A stretch of 64,000 nucleotides of DNA, from the NCBI GenBank assembly GCA_963848135.1, contig CAWKCK010000018.1, positions 634,938-698,937 of the forward strand, read 5' to 3'. Within the stretch, counting starts at the first letter, position 1. The number at the start of each line of letters is the position of its first letter. Positions 37,612 through 47,190 of the stretch are shown piece by piece. The notes beneath the pieces are model-generated. The model saw only the letters and a list, made by a program, of their open reading frames with translations, made no database searches and was not told the DNA's origin. The translations under genes were made by a program, and so were the position numbers. The DNA is from an uncultured delta proteobacterium (GTDB lineage Bacteria > Desulfobacterota > Desulfobacteria > Desulfobacterales > SG8-13).

Positions 37612-38475
37612 ATGAACCGCTTACCCGTCTTGGACCGATTGGCCGATTGGATGGTGCGACGCGTATCTGACGAAAGCGCTCGCCGCAAATTGGCGCAACG
37701 GCGATTCTACAGCAAGTTACGCGGGCAGCTACCACAAAGTTTCCAAGCCCTGGACCCGGGGCCAGCCGCACCGGAACAGCTCATTGGGACCACTGCGGGA
37801 ATGACGAAAACCGAGGTTGAACGGTGGCTGAATCCGGACTTCTACTTTCGCACCGGTTTTGAACAGATGATCGAATTCATCCAGGCGCTGGAGGGTGTTG
37901 CCTTCAATATTCGGACCGTCGGCTCTGTCTTCGAACTCGGCTGTGGTTCGGCCCGTCTTCTGCGGCATCTCCGTTGCATCCAGGGGGTCCGGCTTGTCGG
38001 TTCGGACGTCAATGATGATTGCGTCCAATGGTGTCGGAAGCACATCGCCGGTATTGAATTTCATCAAAATGGATTGCAGCCGCCGCTGACTTTTTTAGAA
38101 ATTGATACCGTCGACCTTATCATGGCATCGTCGGTTTTCACCCATATTCCCATTGAATGGCAGCGGCCCTGGCTCGAGGAATTGCATCGCGTTTTGAGGC
38201 CCGGAGGCATATTTCTCTGTACCGTTCTGGGACGCAGCTACGAGAAGACCATGCTCACCGCAGAGGACCGTGAGAAATTGCAAGCGGACGGGCATCTCGT
38301 TCTCAACGCTCGGGACGATAAAGCCTCGTTGGCCACTCAACACGCGGGTTCGTGCGATGTATTTCAGACTCGGGCGGAAGTTGTCACCGTCTTTGGATCC
38401 GTATTTCAAATCCTGGATTACCTCGACCGCGGCGCCGGTGGGCAGGATTTACTTGTTCTTCGAAAACACCGGTAG
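37612..38475 (+). CDS. Class I SAM-dependent methyltransferase
   Basis: VFELGCGSAR, SVFTH, ELHRVLRPGG. Confidence 0.88.
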   Translation: MNRLPVLDRLADWMVRRVSDESARRKLAQRRFYSKLRGQLPQSFQALDPGPAAPEQLIGTTAGMTKTEVERWLNPDFYFRTGFEQMIEFIQALEGVAFNIRTVGSVFELGCGSARLLRHLRCIQGVRLVGSDVNDDCVQWCRKHIAGIEFHQNGLQPPLTFLEIDTVDLIMASSVFTHIPIEWQRPWLEELHRVLRPGGIFLCTVLGRSYEKTMLTAEDREKLQADGHLVLNARDDKASLATQHAGSCDVFQTRAEVVTVFGSVFQILDYLDRGAGGQDLLVLRKHR

Positions 38476-38495
38476 CTTTGGAGAGAAACAAACGA

Positions 38496-38831
38496 ATGGT
38501 CAAGGTATTCGCCTGTGCCATCGGTTTGACCGGCCTGGGTGTCATCATCGCCGAAGTGATCAACTCGCTGGGATGGCTCGAATTCCACCTGGCACCGCTT
38601 ATCGTTACGGTACCAATGTTGTCTTTCTATGGTTTGTACGAAATCGTTGTCCATGGAATGGAACAACCGCCAAAATCAATTCAAGCTCAAACGGCCAGCA
38701 GGTTCATTAAATGGACCAATGTCATTCTCAGTCTGATCGGTCTCATTTTCCTGTTGAGCATCCCCTTGCTGTGGTGGGGCGTTATCAAAAGACTCGCACA
38801 ATCGGCTTCTCAGGGGGACCGTTTTTTCTGA
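38496..38831 (+). CDS. Hypothetical membrane protein (about 3 TM)
   Basis: ATG shortly after the methyltransferase stop with an upstream GGAG; hydrophobic segments. Confidence 0.6.
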   Translation: MVKVFACAIGLTGLGVIIAEVINSLGWLEFHLAPLIVTVPMLSFYGLYEIVVHGMEQPPKSIQAQTASRFIKWTNVILSLIGLIFLLSIPLLWWGVIKRLAQSASQGDRFF

Positions 38832-38857
38832 CAGGAAAAAACCGACCCGGTTTCCGG

Positions 38858-40087
38858 TCAAATATTCCCTGCTGCAAGCCGTGCGACCGGGCGTTCGCGT
38901 ATCGGCCAATGTAAGACCGCAGCAATGACCCCCAATACCACACCCAACCACCAGACCCCATCGTAGCTGCCGGTTCTATCGTAAAGCCAGCCCCCGAGCC
39001 AGACGCCACTGAAACTGCCAATCTGGTGACCGAGAAACACAATGCCGTAGAGCATGGCCATGTAACGCGTACCGAACATGACCGCTACCAAACCCGAAGT
39101 GGCCGGAACGGTGGCAAGCCACAAAAAACCCATGACGGCACTGAATGCATAAACCGATGCCAGACTGACTGGAATCAATAGGAACAGGCTGATTGCCACA
39201 GCACGACTCAAGTAGATAAACACCAGTACGTGCCGCTTGAGGATCCTGCCGGATAGAATGCCCGACAAATAGGCCCCGATAACGTTGCAGAGGCCGATAA
39301 GCGCGATACTCCATGCACCGACCTGGGCGTCGAAACCGATGTCGCTGAGAAAAGCCGGCATATGAGCGGTAATAAAAGCGACGTGAAATCCGCAGACAAA
39401 AAACCCCGATACCAGCAGAAGGAAGGATTTATAATTCAGGGCCTCATGCAAGGCTTCGGGAACCGTTTGACTTATATTCTGCAGCGAAACGTCATGGCTG
39501 CCCGAATAGGGTGCCAGCGGCATGGCAAACGCGGCCATCGTAAGCGCTGAACAGGCCAGCAGATTGAGTGCTGTCATCCAACCGTAGGCATCTATGAGAA
39601 CCTGTGCGACCGGAACCACGGCAAACTGGCCCAGAGATCCAGCGGCAGTTCCAAGCCCGAGTGCCCACTGGCGGCGATCTTCGCCGACCGCCCGGGCCAT
39701 TGCCGGCAGAACGATGCCAAATGATGTCCCGGCTATCCCAGCACCGACCAGAATACCGGCCGATGTGTTCAGCATCCAAGGGTTCTCTACGCCAGACATA
39801 AGAGCCATACCGAGGACGTAAACCAGCGTACCGGCCAGGATGACCTTCACATTGCCGAAACGGTCAGCCAGCCCACCGGCAAAAACAGCCACTATGCCCC
39901 AAACAATATTTTGAAGTGCCAGGGCCGTGGAAATGACCTCCCGTCCCCAGCCATTGGCCTCGCTAATCGGTTTAACGAAAAGTCCGAATCCGGAACGGTA
40001 CCCGAAGGAAAGAAGTAAAAGCAGGCAAGCCGATAAAACAAGCCATTTGCTGAATTCCTTATCATCTGCGGTTTCGGTTTTATGCAT
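38858..40087 (-). CDS. MFS transporter
   Basis: GGLADRFG motif A, GFFVCGFHVAF, about 12 TM. Confidence 0.92.
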   Translation of the reverse strand: MHKTETADDKEFSKWLVLSACLLLLLSFGYRSGFGLFVKPISEANGWGREVISTALALQNIVWGIVAVFAGGLADRFGNVKVILAGTLVYVLGMALMSGVENPWMLNTSAGILVGAGIAGTSFGIVLPAMARAVGEDRRQWALGLGTAAGSLGQFAVVPVAQVLIDAYGWMTALNLLACSALTMAAFAMPLAPYSGSHDVSLQNISQTVPEALHEALNYKSFLLLVSGFFVCGFHVAFITAHMPAFLSDIGFDAQVGAWSIALIGLCNVIGAYLSGILSGRILKRHVLVFIYLSRAVAISLFLLIPVSLASVYAFSAVMGFLWLATVPATSGLVAVMFGTRYMAMLYGIVFLGHQIGSFSGVWLGGWLYDRTGSYDGVWWLGVVLGVIAAVLHWPIRERPVARLAAGNI

Positions 40088-40305
40088 CGTGATACGATTC
40101 CTTAATGAATCTCCCTGCAGCGAGCTACAGGGAATGGTCAAGTTTAATCGTTTTACAGCCGCAAAGCAGCGAATCAGACAGTCGGAGACAAGAACATCTC
40201 TTCACTGAGCTGGCTTTTGAAAGATGGCAATGGTTTTAGGGTAAACACCTATAGTGGTTTTTCAAGGCGAGAAAGCGTTGGAATGTATAGCGCCTGCAGG
40301 TAGAG

Positions 40306-40734
40306 TTAAGTTGGACTTTTTTCCAGCACTTTTATCTTGGGGGTTTTTCTCAAGCGATATATCGGACAGGATTCACATTTAATAACAGCCGATGAGTTTA
40401 AACGCTGAAGAGCATCATAGCAGGGGGCATCGAGGCTCTGGGCGGCCGGACAGATGTCTTTTTTTTTGCAGTCGAAAATATTCCAGCAAGCCGCTGAAAC
40501 CAGGAGATATTTCAGGCAGGCCAGAGTGAATCCGTGATCGTGTATAAGCGCGTTGACGCGTTGAATCTGGCGAATGTCAAATTCGGTGTAGAGTCTGTTG
40601 TTGGTCGCTCGATCCCGCCGCGGCGCAATGAATCCTTCTTTCTCATATTCGCGGATGCGTTTTTGCGACAATCCCACTTGATGGGAAACATCACCGATGA
40701 GGAATAGATTTTCTCGTTCACCAGATCTTTTCAC
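40306..40734 (-). CDS. MerR-family regulator with Cys-rich C-terminus
   Basis: IGDVSHQVGLSQKRIREYEKEGFIAPRR...RLY; GTG start after AGGAG. Confidence 0.85.
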   Translation of the reverse strand: MKRSGERENLFLIGDVSHQVGLSQKRIREYEKEGFIAPRRDRATNNRLYTEFDIRQIQRVNALIHDHGFTLACLKYLLVSAACWNIFDCKKKDICPAAQSLDAPCYDALQRLNSSAVIKCESCPIYRLRKTPKIKVLEKSPT

Positions 40735-40756
40735 CCTTCTCTCCTTACTTATACTC

Positions 40757-40879
40757 AAATTGAGCGATTTTCAAGTATGCCGCAGCAGGCACAAGGAAAA
40801 TGTCGTTCCGCTATAGTGAACTATGCGGGACGTCATTTGACGCCGTAGATGCAGTGAAATTGGAAATCCCGTATGGTTT
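40757..40879. mobile_element. Short intergenic repeat (inverted homologue of 55301-55451)
   Basis: Shared ttgagcgatt, caaggaa.atgtcgtt, ctatgcgggacg and tgacgccgtagat blocks. Confidence 0.7.
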
Positions 40880-40928
40880 TATATTTTCGATATTCCGATG
40901 GGTAGAATTCCCTATTTTTATTGTTGAT

Positions 40929-40951
40929 TTTCATATTTCGGAAATATGAAA
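40929..40951. promoter_or_regulatory. Perfect 11-1-11 inverted repeat upstream of the MerR gene
   Basis: tttcatatttc-g-gaaatatgaaa. Confidence 0.45.
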
Positions 40952-41740
40952 CGCTCAACTTGGGTTATATACTCGCCTTCCCTACTTGTTACATCCAGTC
41001 ATCTGTCTGAAAAACCTGATGGACACTTTCCCCCTATCACCTGTTGCAACAATTAACAATCCTTAAAGAAATGCATGGTCGGGAATGATACCCCCCGGTC
41101 CCCGGCAACAATCCCCGACGTTTGACAGGGTGCCATCTGACCAAAATCACGTTTAAACGCTGGCCATGTCGCCATGTGTCGAAACAAATCGTCAATGCAA
41201 ATTCAGGTTACAATGTCTGGTCACGCATTATACCTGACTGTCGCAACCCTCTGCGGCGATATTGTGCAGGGAAACTCATTCACTTCAGGTGACGTTATTT
41301 TGCCATTCTTTTAACGGTCCGTTATGTAAGAAAAAACGAATTTAGAAAAACCTTCACCTCTCCAATATATCCCCAAGTTGGGAGGATCGAGTTATTTATC
41401 ATTTCATCCTTATAATATGTAACGTCCGTATTTTTCTAAGCCTGATCTGCGCATTGCACATATTCGTTTTTTCTCCCTTCCAATTACACCATGGTAACCC
41501 GAAGTCCGTTGTCCGCCGTGGCTTTAACGTCTTCCACCTTCGCTGCGATCCGTATGAAAACTTCTTATATTCAGACGGGAAAAGTCTAAATTCAAACCGT
41601 TAAATCTGAACTTGCCCCTGCCTGCAAAACTATTTTGGTCACCTGGCATCAATTTTGTATATACGTTGTATCTTTAATGTAATTCGCGGATAGATTGCAT
41701 CACGTCTGTAACTATTACACTCAAGAAAAAGGAGGATCGA

Positions 41741-43570
41741 ATGCGAAAAGCGATGTTCATCTTTTTTATTGGACTGGCCTTATCCATCGGGTTTTACGGT
41801 CATGTATATGCATATCCAAGCAAAGGGTGCGACTGTACTCGCTGTCATGGTAGCAGTGAGGGACCGAGTCAATGTGAGCCCCCGCCCCCCCCATCCAACA
41901 TACCACCGGTGGCCGTTATCAACTTTCCTGGACCCACACCAAAAGTCAATGATACAGTCATGCTGGTCGGTAGTGATTCTTGGGATGCGGACGAGGACGA
42001 AATATTCTATGCTTGGATTGTGACATCGCCCGACGACACTGAAACTACCTTTACGGATGTCAATCCCACTTTTGTAATCGATCAAAGCGGCGATTATTAT
42101 GTGCAGCTTACTGTCTATGACTACCTAGATTCCAGCGTAACGAAGGAATTAACCGTCACTACTGCGAATACACCTCCGGTTGCCGATGCCGGATTGGATG
42201 ATACGGTTACAGTCGGCCAAACCGTCGAACTGAGTGGCAGTGGTTCTTCCGACGTGGATGGCGACCAACTGAACTATCGATGGTCGTTTGTCAACAGTCC
42301 CTCTGGTACCAGCACGACACTGTCAGATTCAACAACGGTTATGCCTTCTTTTGAAATCGATCGCCCCGGCACGTATACGCTTCAGTTGATCGTCAATGAT
42401 GGAACGGTCGATAGTAACCCGGATACAGTCAATATCACCACCATTAATTCACCACCGGTGGCCGATGCCGGATTAGATGACTCGGTCGTAATCGGTCAAA
42501 AGGTCATTCTTGACGGTCGTAGTTCCTACGACCCTGACGGCGATGCTTTCGACTATAGTTGGTCTATAACTGACAAACCGAAAGATAGTGTCGCGGCATT
42601 GTCCAATCCAGGTGCTGAAATTACCGATTTCATCGTTGATGCAGCTGGAACATATGTGGCCCAGTTGATTGTCAATGACGGAACAATCGATAGCAAGGCT
42701 GATACGGTGATAATTACCACCGAAAATTCGGCGCCAATGGCTGATGCCGGTCCGGACACCTATATAATAGCTGGCGAAACCGCTACTCTTGATGGAAGTG
42801 CCTCGAGCGATGCGGATGCCGACCCACTCACCTGCACCTGGTCCTTTACTTCAAAGCCGGATGAAAGCACTGCCGCAATAGCGGCGCCACATGAAATTGG
42901 GACGTCCTTTGATGCCGATGCGGCAGGGATATATGTGGTCCAGCTCATTGTCAATGACGGCACTGTTAACAGCCCGGCGGTGACGGTGACCATAACTGTT
43001 GAGCCGCCACCAGTTAAAGAACCGATCTGTGGTGACAGCGTTTTAGATCCCAATGAGCAGTGTGACGACGGCAATAATACCAACGATGACGGCTGCACAG
43101 CAACCTGCTCAATTGAGCCGAAACCCATTGTCGAGCCGGATCCCATCGTTGAGCCGGAACCGATCGTCGAGCCGAAACCCATTGTCGAGCCTGATCCGAT
43201 CGTGAAGCCGGATCCGATCGTCGAGCCGAAGCCCATTGTCGAACCTGATCCGATCGTGAAGCCGGAACCGATCGTTGAGCCGAAGCCCATTGTCGAACCT
43301 GATCCGATCGTGAAGCCGGAACCGATCGTCGAGCCGAAACCCATTGTCGAACCTGATCCGATCGTGAAGCCGGAACCGATCGTCGAGCCGAAACCCATTG
43401 TTCGCGGTGACGATGAGGAAGACGATGATGCCGATGATGATCGCAAGGACGAAATCGATGACGACGACGAGCGCGATGACGATGGCAGAAAATATCGTTC
43501 AAAGCACCGCCGGACATATCGCAGTTTTTTCAGATATCTCTGGTCGAAATACTTCTTTTACAGAAGATAA
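41741..43570 (+). CDS. Secreted protein: CxxCH motif, four PKD/Ig-like repeats, Myxococcus-type Cys-rich repeat, Pro-rich linker, acidic then basic tail
   Basis: Signal peptide, CTRCH, NxPPVADAG repeats, CGDSVLDPNEQCDDGN...GC...C. Confidence 0.85.
   Translation: MRKAMFIFFIGLALSIGFYGHVYAYPSKGCDCTRCHGSSEGPSQCEPPPPPSNIPPVAVINFPGPTPKVNDTVMLVGSDSWDADEDEIFYAWIVTSPDDTETTFTDVNPTFVIDQSGDYYVQLTVYDYLDSSVTKELTVTTANTPPVADAGLDDTVTVGQTVELSGSGSSDVDGDQLNYRWSFVNSPSGTSTTLSDSTTVMPSFEIDRPGTYTLQLIVNDGTVDSNPDTVNITTINSPPVADAGLDDSVVIGQKVILDGRSSYDPDGDAFDYSWSITDKPKDSVAALSNPGAEITDFIVDAAGTYVAQLIVNDGTIDSKADTVIITTENSAPMADAGPDTYIIAGETATLDGSASSDADADPLTCTWSFTSKPDESTAAIAAPHEIGTSFDADAAGIYVVQLIVNDGTVNSPAVTVTITVEPPPVKEPICGDSVLDPNEQCDDGNNTNDDGCTATCSIEPKPIVEPDPIVEPEPIVEPKPIVEPDPIVKPDPIVEPKPIVEPDPIVKPEPIVEPKPIVEPDPIVKPEPIVEPKPIVEPDPIVKPEPIVEPKPIVRGDDEEDDDADDDRKDEIDDDDERDDDGRKYRSKHRRTYRSFFRYLWSKYFFYRR
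43115..43402 (+). repeat. 16 x 18-bp coding tandem repeat, (E/K)P(K/D/E)PIV, with a 54-bp higher-order period
   Basis: Counted from the translation and DNA. Confidence 0.9.
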
Positions 43571-43663
43571 AACCATGCCTGCCTTAAGATAACAGAAAAT
43601 AGGCAGTAACTCAGCACCCGACCGTTTGAAACAACTTCGTATGAATCAGGTCGGTCCGAACCG

Positions 43664-43702
43664 GAAAGCCCTGCCGCGGTGTCGATGCGGCAGGGCCTTT
43701 CT
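43664..43702 (+). terminator. Probable intrinsic terminator
   Basis: gccctgccgc...gcggcagggc followed by ctttct. Confidence 0.65.
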
Positions 43703-43741
43703 GTTTCTATCCGCAATTAAATTAGCTCCCCGGGGGGTACT

Positions 43742-43920
43742 CAATGGCCTCCGGCTAAGCCGGAGGAATGGTCTGTGAACCCCTCAAAGCGGTCTTTTAA
43801 AACCATTATTCCGGGGAAACAAACGGCCACTGAATTATAATAATGATCGCCACCGGTCATTGATAACTACTGGATCTGTCGAATTTTGGGCGTCTCCCCA
43901 GCAAAGTTGGGGGTTTACCG
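43742..43920. mobile_element. Non-autonomous element with hairpins at both ends (IS200/IS605-like ends)
   Basis: cctccggc-taa-gccggagg at left and ccccagc-aaa-gttgggg at right; left part homologous to 2831. Confidence 0.55.
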
Positions 43921-44184
43921 ATGATTATTATTTGAAATAATAAATTTGAGTGGTCGAAGTTGCATACCCACGCCCCTGCTTCCCTTTATCCAAGAAATAG
44001 CGTATTAATGTTGCTAAGGGGGTAAATTGTTCTATATTTACTAAAAAAATGCGCTTGATGAGGACCATGGTTTACGGTTACAGAATGGTAATTCGACGTC
44101 CGTGCGCTTGGTTATATTGTTGCTGGGGTAATAGAAAAACTCGTTGCGGCTGGCATTTGAACCGACCATAAAAAAATAGAGGGA

Positions 44185-45606
44185 ATGTTGGTAAAGCAAA
44201 CCATCACCGGAGTGGTTATTTTCATAATGCTGCTGAACGCCTGCAGTCCATTTGCACCGGATGTTCGCAGATCTCCGGCTGAGGATCTGCCCCGAACTTT
44301 TTCTCTTTTCACGGGTGATGCGGAACCGATGCAGCATTGGTGGGAAAGCTTTGAGGACCAAAAGCTTAATGAATTGATATCGACAGCATTGGCCGGCAAT
44401 TTCACACTCAAAGAAGCCTGGGCGCGTTTAAATCAGGCCCGCGCACTGGCTGTCCAGGCCGGTGCCGAGCTCTACCCCCAGCTTGATGGAAATGGCGATG
44501 CGTTCGTGGGACGGCAGAGATTTGAAGGGGATCCAACCAGCCCTTTCACTATCGAAGATTACAGCCTCGGATTGATTGCCCGGTACGAAGTCGACCTGTG
44601 GGGCCGCATCCGTGCCCAAAGGGATTCTGCAACGCTGCGGGCTTCGGCCACACAGGAGGACCTGTACACGGCTGCCATTACGATAGCCGCCGAAGTAGCG
44701 AACCGCTGGGTCTTTATCATTTCCCAGCGAATGCAGAAGCAGCTTCTGCAAGAACAGCTGCGCATCAACGAAACGTTACTGGAATTGGTGGAGCTGCGTT
44801 TCCGAATGGCAATGGTTTCAGCCCTGGATGTGTACCAGCAGCAACAGGTTGTGGAAAACGTCAGAGCCGAAATCCCTCTGGTCGAAAGAAATGAGCAGTT
44901 GTTGCGTCACGAGCTTGCGGTGTTATTAGGCAAACCGCCCATGGCAGACATCGACATTAGCCGCTCCGAGTTGCCCCAGCCTCCGGCATTGCCCGCTACG
45001 GGACTGCCGGCCGACCTATTATCGGCCCGGCCGGATGTAAGAAGTGCAGGCTTACGACTTCAGGCTGCTGACTGGCAGATCGCTGCGGCAAGGGCGGCCC
45101 GCCTGCCGGCCCTCAGTCTCAATGCCGGCGCCCGGTACGGCCAAGGCGATTTTGAGGTTTTGTTCAGCAACTGGCTGCTGAGCCTGTCGGCCAACCTCAC
45201 CGCGCCGCTTCTGGATGGTGGGAGGAGAGCCGCCGAGGTCGACCGCGTGCGGGCTCTGGCCGATGAAAATTTAGCCGCTTACTACAATACGGTACTAACG
45301 GCCGTTAAAGAGGTCGAGGACGCACTCATCAGCGAAGCGAAACAAAAGGAGCATATCGAGGGGTTACAAAAAGTTGTTGATAGCGCCCGCAAAGCCCTCG
45401 AAGAAGCCGGCGTGCGCTACCGCAACGGCCTGAACGACTACCTGCCGGTATTGACACAGCTGCTGACCGTGCAAGGCCTTGAAAGAGACCTGATTCGCAG
45501 ACAGGCCGATCTACTCGCTGCAAGAGTTCTGCTGCACCGCGCTCTGGGTGGAACGTGGCCACAGGAGCTGACCCCACCGGAATTACAAAAGGATTCCGCT
45601 GGATGA
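44185..45606 (+). CDS. Outer-membrane efflux lipoprotein (NodT/OprM family)
   Basis: LLNAC lipobox, YEVDLWGR, PADLLSARPDVR, RALGGTW. Confidence 0.93.
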   Translation: MLVKQTITGVVIFIMLLNACSPFAPDVRRSPAEDLPRTFSLFTGDAEPMQHWWESFEDQKLNELISTALAGNFTLKEAWARLNQARALAVQAGAELYPQLDGNGDAFVGRQRFEGDPTSPFTIEDYSLGLIARYEVDLWGRIRAQRDSATLRASATQEDLYTAAITIAAEVANRWVFIISQRMQKQLLQEQLRINETLLELVELRFRMAMVSALDVYQQQQVVENVRAEIPLVERNEQLLRHELAVLLGKPPMADIDISRSELPQPPALPATGLPADLLSARPDVRSAGLRLQAADWQIAAARAARLPALSLNAGARYGQGDFEVLFSNWLLSLSANLTAPLLDGGRRAAEVDRVRALADENLAAYYNTVLTAVKEVEDALISEAKQKEHIEGLQKVVDSARKALEEAGVRYRNGLNDYLPVLTQLLTVQGLERDLIRRQADLLAARVLLHRALGGTWPQELTPPELQKDSAG

Positions 45607-45633
45607 AACAATTGCGAACACGTCGAAATAGAT

Positions 45634-45884
45634 ACCCGGGTCCAGAGGGCCCGGCACTAGTTCCTCCCTGAAAGGGAGTGTTGGTTTTATTACATCAAAG
45701 TGACTAAAGTGAACTAAATGAGCTAAAGTGCCTAAAGTTAAGGAATTCTATTCCTTTTTATAAACGACAGAGCGAAGCGATACGTAAACTTTAGATCACT
45801 TATAACTCATTTTAGTTCACTCCACACTTTGTATTATTTTCTTGGCAGAGCCCATTATCTCTGACCTGGCCCAAAGGACCAGGT
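45634..45884. repeat. Nested inverted-repeat element with (c)taaagtg-type short repeats
   Basis: Outer hairpins ccgggtcc..gggcccgg and cctggccc..ggaccagg; inner ctaaagtg repeats mirrored by cactt/ttag repeats. Confidence 0.65.
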
Positions 45885-45906
45885 GTTGGATACAGAATAA
45901 TAAATA

Positions 45907-47190
45907 ATGAACCCATTGCCCCAAAATCACCCGGAAATACCAACAGAACTACCACCGGTGCGCTGGTGGAAACGCCTTTTGCGCATCCTGGCCGCGGTTA
46001 TCATCGTCGTTGCCGGCATTGCCGGAGCTGCCTATTTGCAAAAATCCGCCACCAGACCCCAGAAACGCCCCCCCACCAAATGGGTGCCGGTTGTAGAAAC
46101 CCAGGCGCTTCAACGCACGTCTCACCGGGTTACTCTCACCGCTATGGGTACCGTCATCCCGGCCCGCACGGTTTTGCTGAAGTCACGCGTATCCGGTCAG
46201 GTCGTGACTATAAACCCTGAATTTACCGATGGCGGCTTCTTGAAAAATGGGAGCGTGGTCGTTCAACTGGACGACAATGACTACAAACTTACTCTGGCTC
46301 AGAAAAAAAGTGAGCTGGTCAATGCCCAGTACGGGTTGAAGCTGGAAATGGGACGCCAAGAGGTCGCCCAACGGGAGTGGCAGTTGCTCAACGGTAATCG
46401 AGGCAAAGAAGCCTTCGATTCCGATCTGGCCTTGCGCAAACCGCACCTGGACAAAGCCAGGGCCGATATAGACTCTGCAAAGGCAGCGGTCGAGCGAGCG
46501 GCCCTCGATCTGGATCGCACCCGGATCATTGCTCCTTTCAATGCCGTCGTACGATCAAAATCAGTGGATGTGGGATCCCAAGTTTCCGTCGGTGAGTCCA
46601 TGGCCGAATTGGTGGGGACAGATGCCTTTTGGGTTCAGGCCTCCATTCCGGTGGACCGGCTGGAATGGATTCACATTCCGCAGCGGAAAAACGAAAAGGG
46701 CTCTGTTGCCAAAATCTACTATTCAGGAGGCCACACCGTCAAAGGAAAAGTCGTCCGCCTTATGGGGGATCTGGCCAGTGAAGGTCGTATGGCCCGTATC
46801 CTCATAGAAGTCAAAGACCCCATGCAGCATAAGGCCAAGGAGCGAACAGTCCCGCCACTATTGATCGGAGAGTACGTGCGGGTAGAGATGGAGGGACGGC
46901 AATTGGACGACGTATTTGTCATCCCACGTACGACGCTGCGAGATGGAAACTCGGTCTGGATAATGAACGACGACATGACGCTATCGATTCGGAAGGTAAA
47001 CCCTGTCTGGAGAAGCGATACGACCGTCGTTATTCAGAACGACCTAAAGCAAGGGCAGCAACTCGTCGTTTCTGACCTACCGGCACCGGTCGAAGGTATG
47101 GCGATCCGGCACAAACCCGAACAGGAACAACCCGACACAGCGAAATCATCAGAAGACCACAACACTCGAGTTTCAGGTAATGGTAAATAA
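45907..47190 (+). CDS. RND efflux periplasmic adaptor subunit
   Basis: N-terminal TM, SRVSGQV, LDRTRIIAPFNA. Confidence 0.92.
   Translation: MNPLPQNHPEIPTELPPVRWWKRLLRILAAVIIVVAGIAGAAYLQKSATRPQKRPPTKWVPVVETQALQRTSHRVTLTAMGTVIPARTVLLKSRVSGQVVTINPEFTDGGFLKNGSVVVQLDDNDYKLTLAQKKSELVNAQYGLKLEMGRQEVAQREWQLLNGNRGKEAFDSDLALRKPHLDKARADIDSAKAAVERAALDLDRTRIIAPFNAVVRSKSVDVGSQVSVGESMAELVGTDAFWVQASIPVDRLEWIHIPQRKNEKGSVAKIYYSGGHTVKGKVVRLMGDLASEGRMARILIEVKDPMQHKAKERTVPPLLIGEYVRVEMEGRQLDDVFVIPRTTLRDGNSVWIMNDDMTLSIRKVNPVWRSDTTVVIQNDLKQGQQLVVSDLPAPVEGMAIRHKPEQEQPDTAKSSEDHNTRVSGNGK

Noticed and set aside
43115..43402. Regular repeat that could look like a CRISPR array
   Set aside because: It is an in-frame coding tandem repeat with no unique spacers and no cas genes.
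43640..43702. Possible SRP RNA (tcaggtc...ggaa)
   Set aside because: It lacks the GGAAGGAAGCAGC core and is better explained as a terminator.
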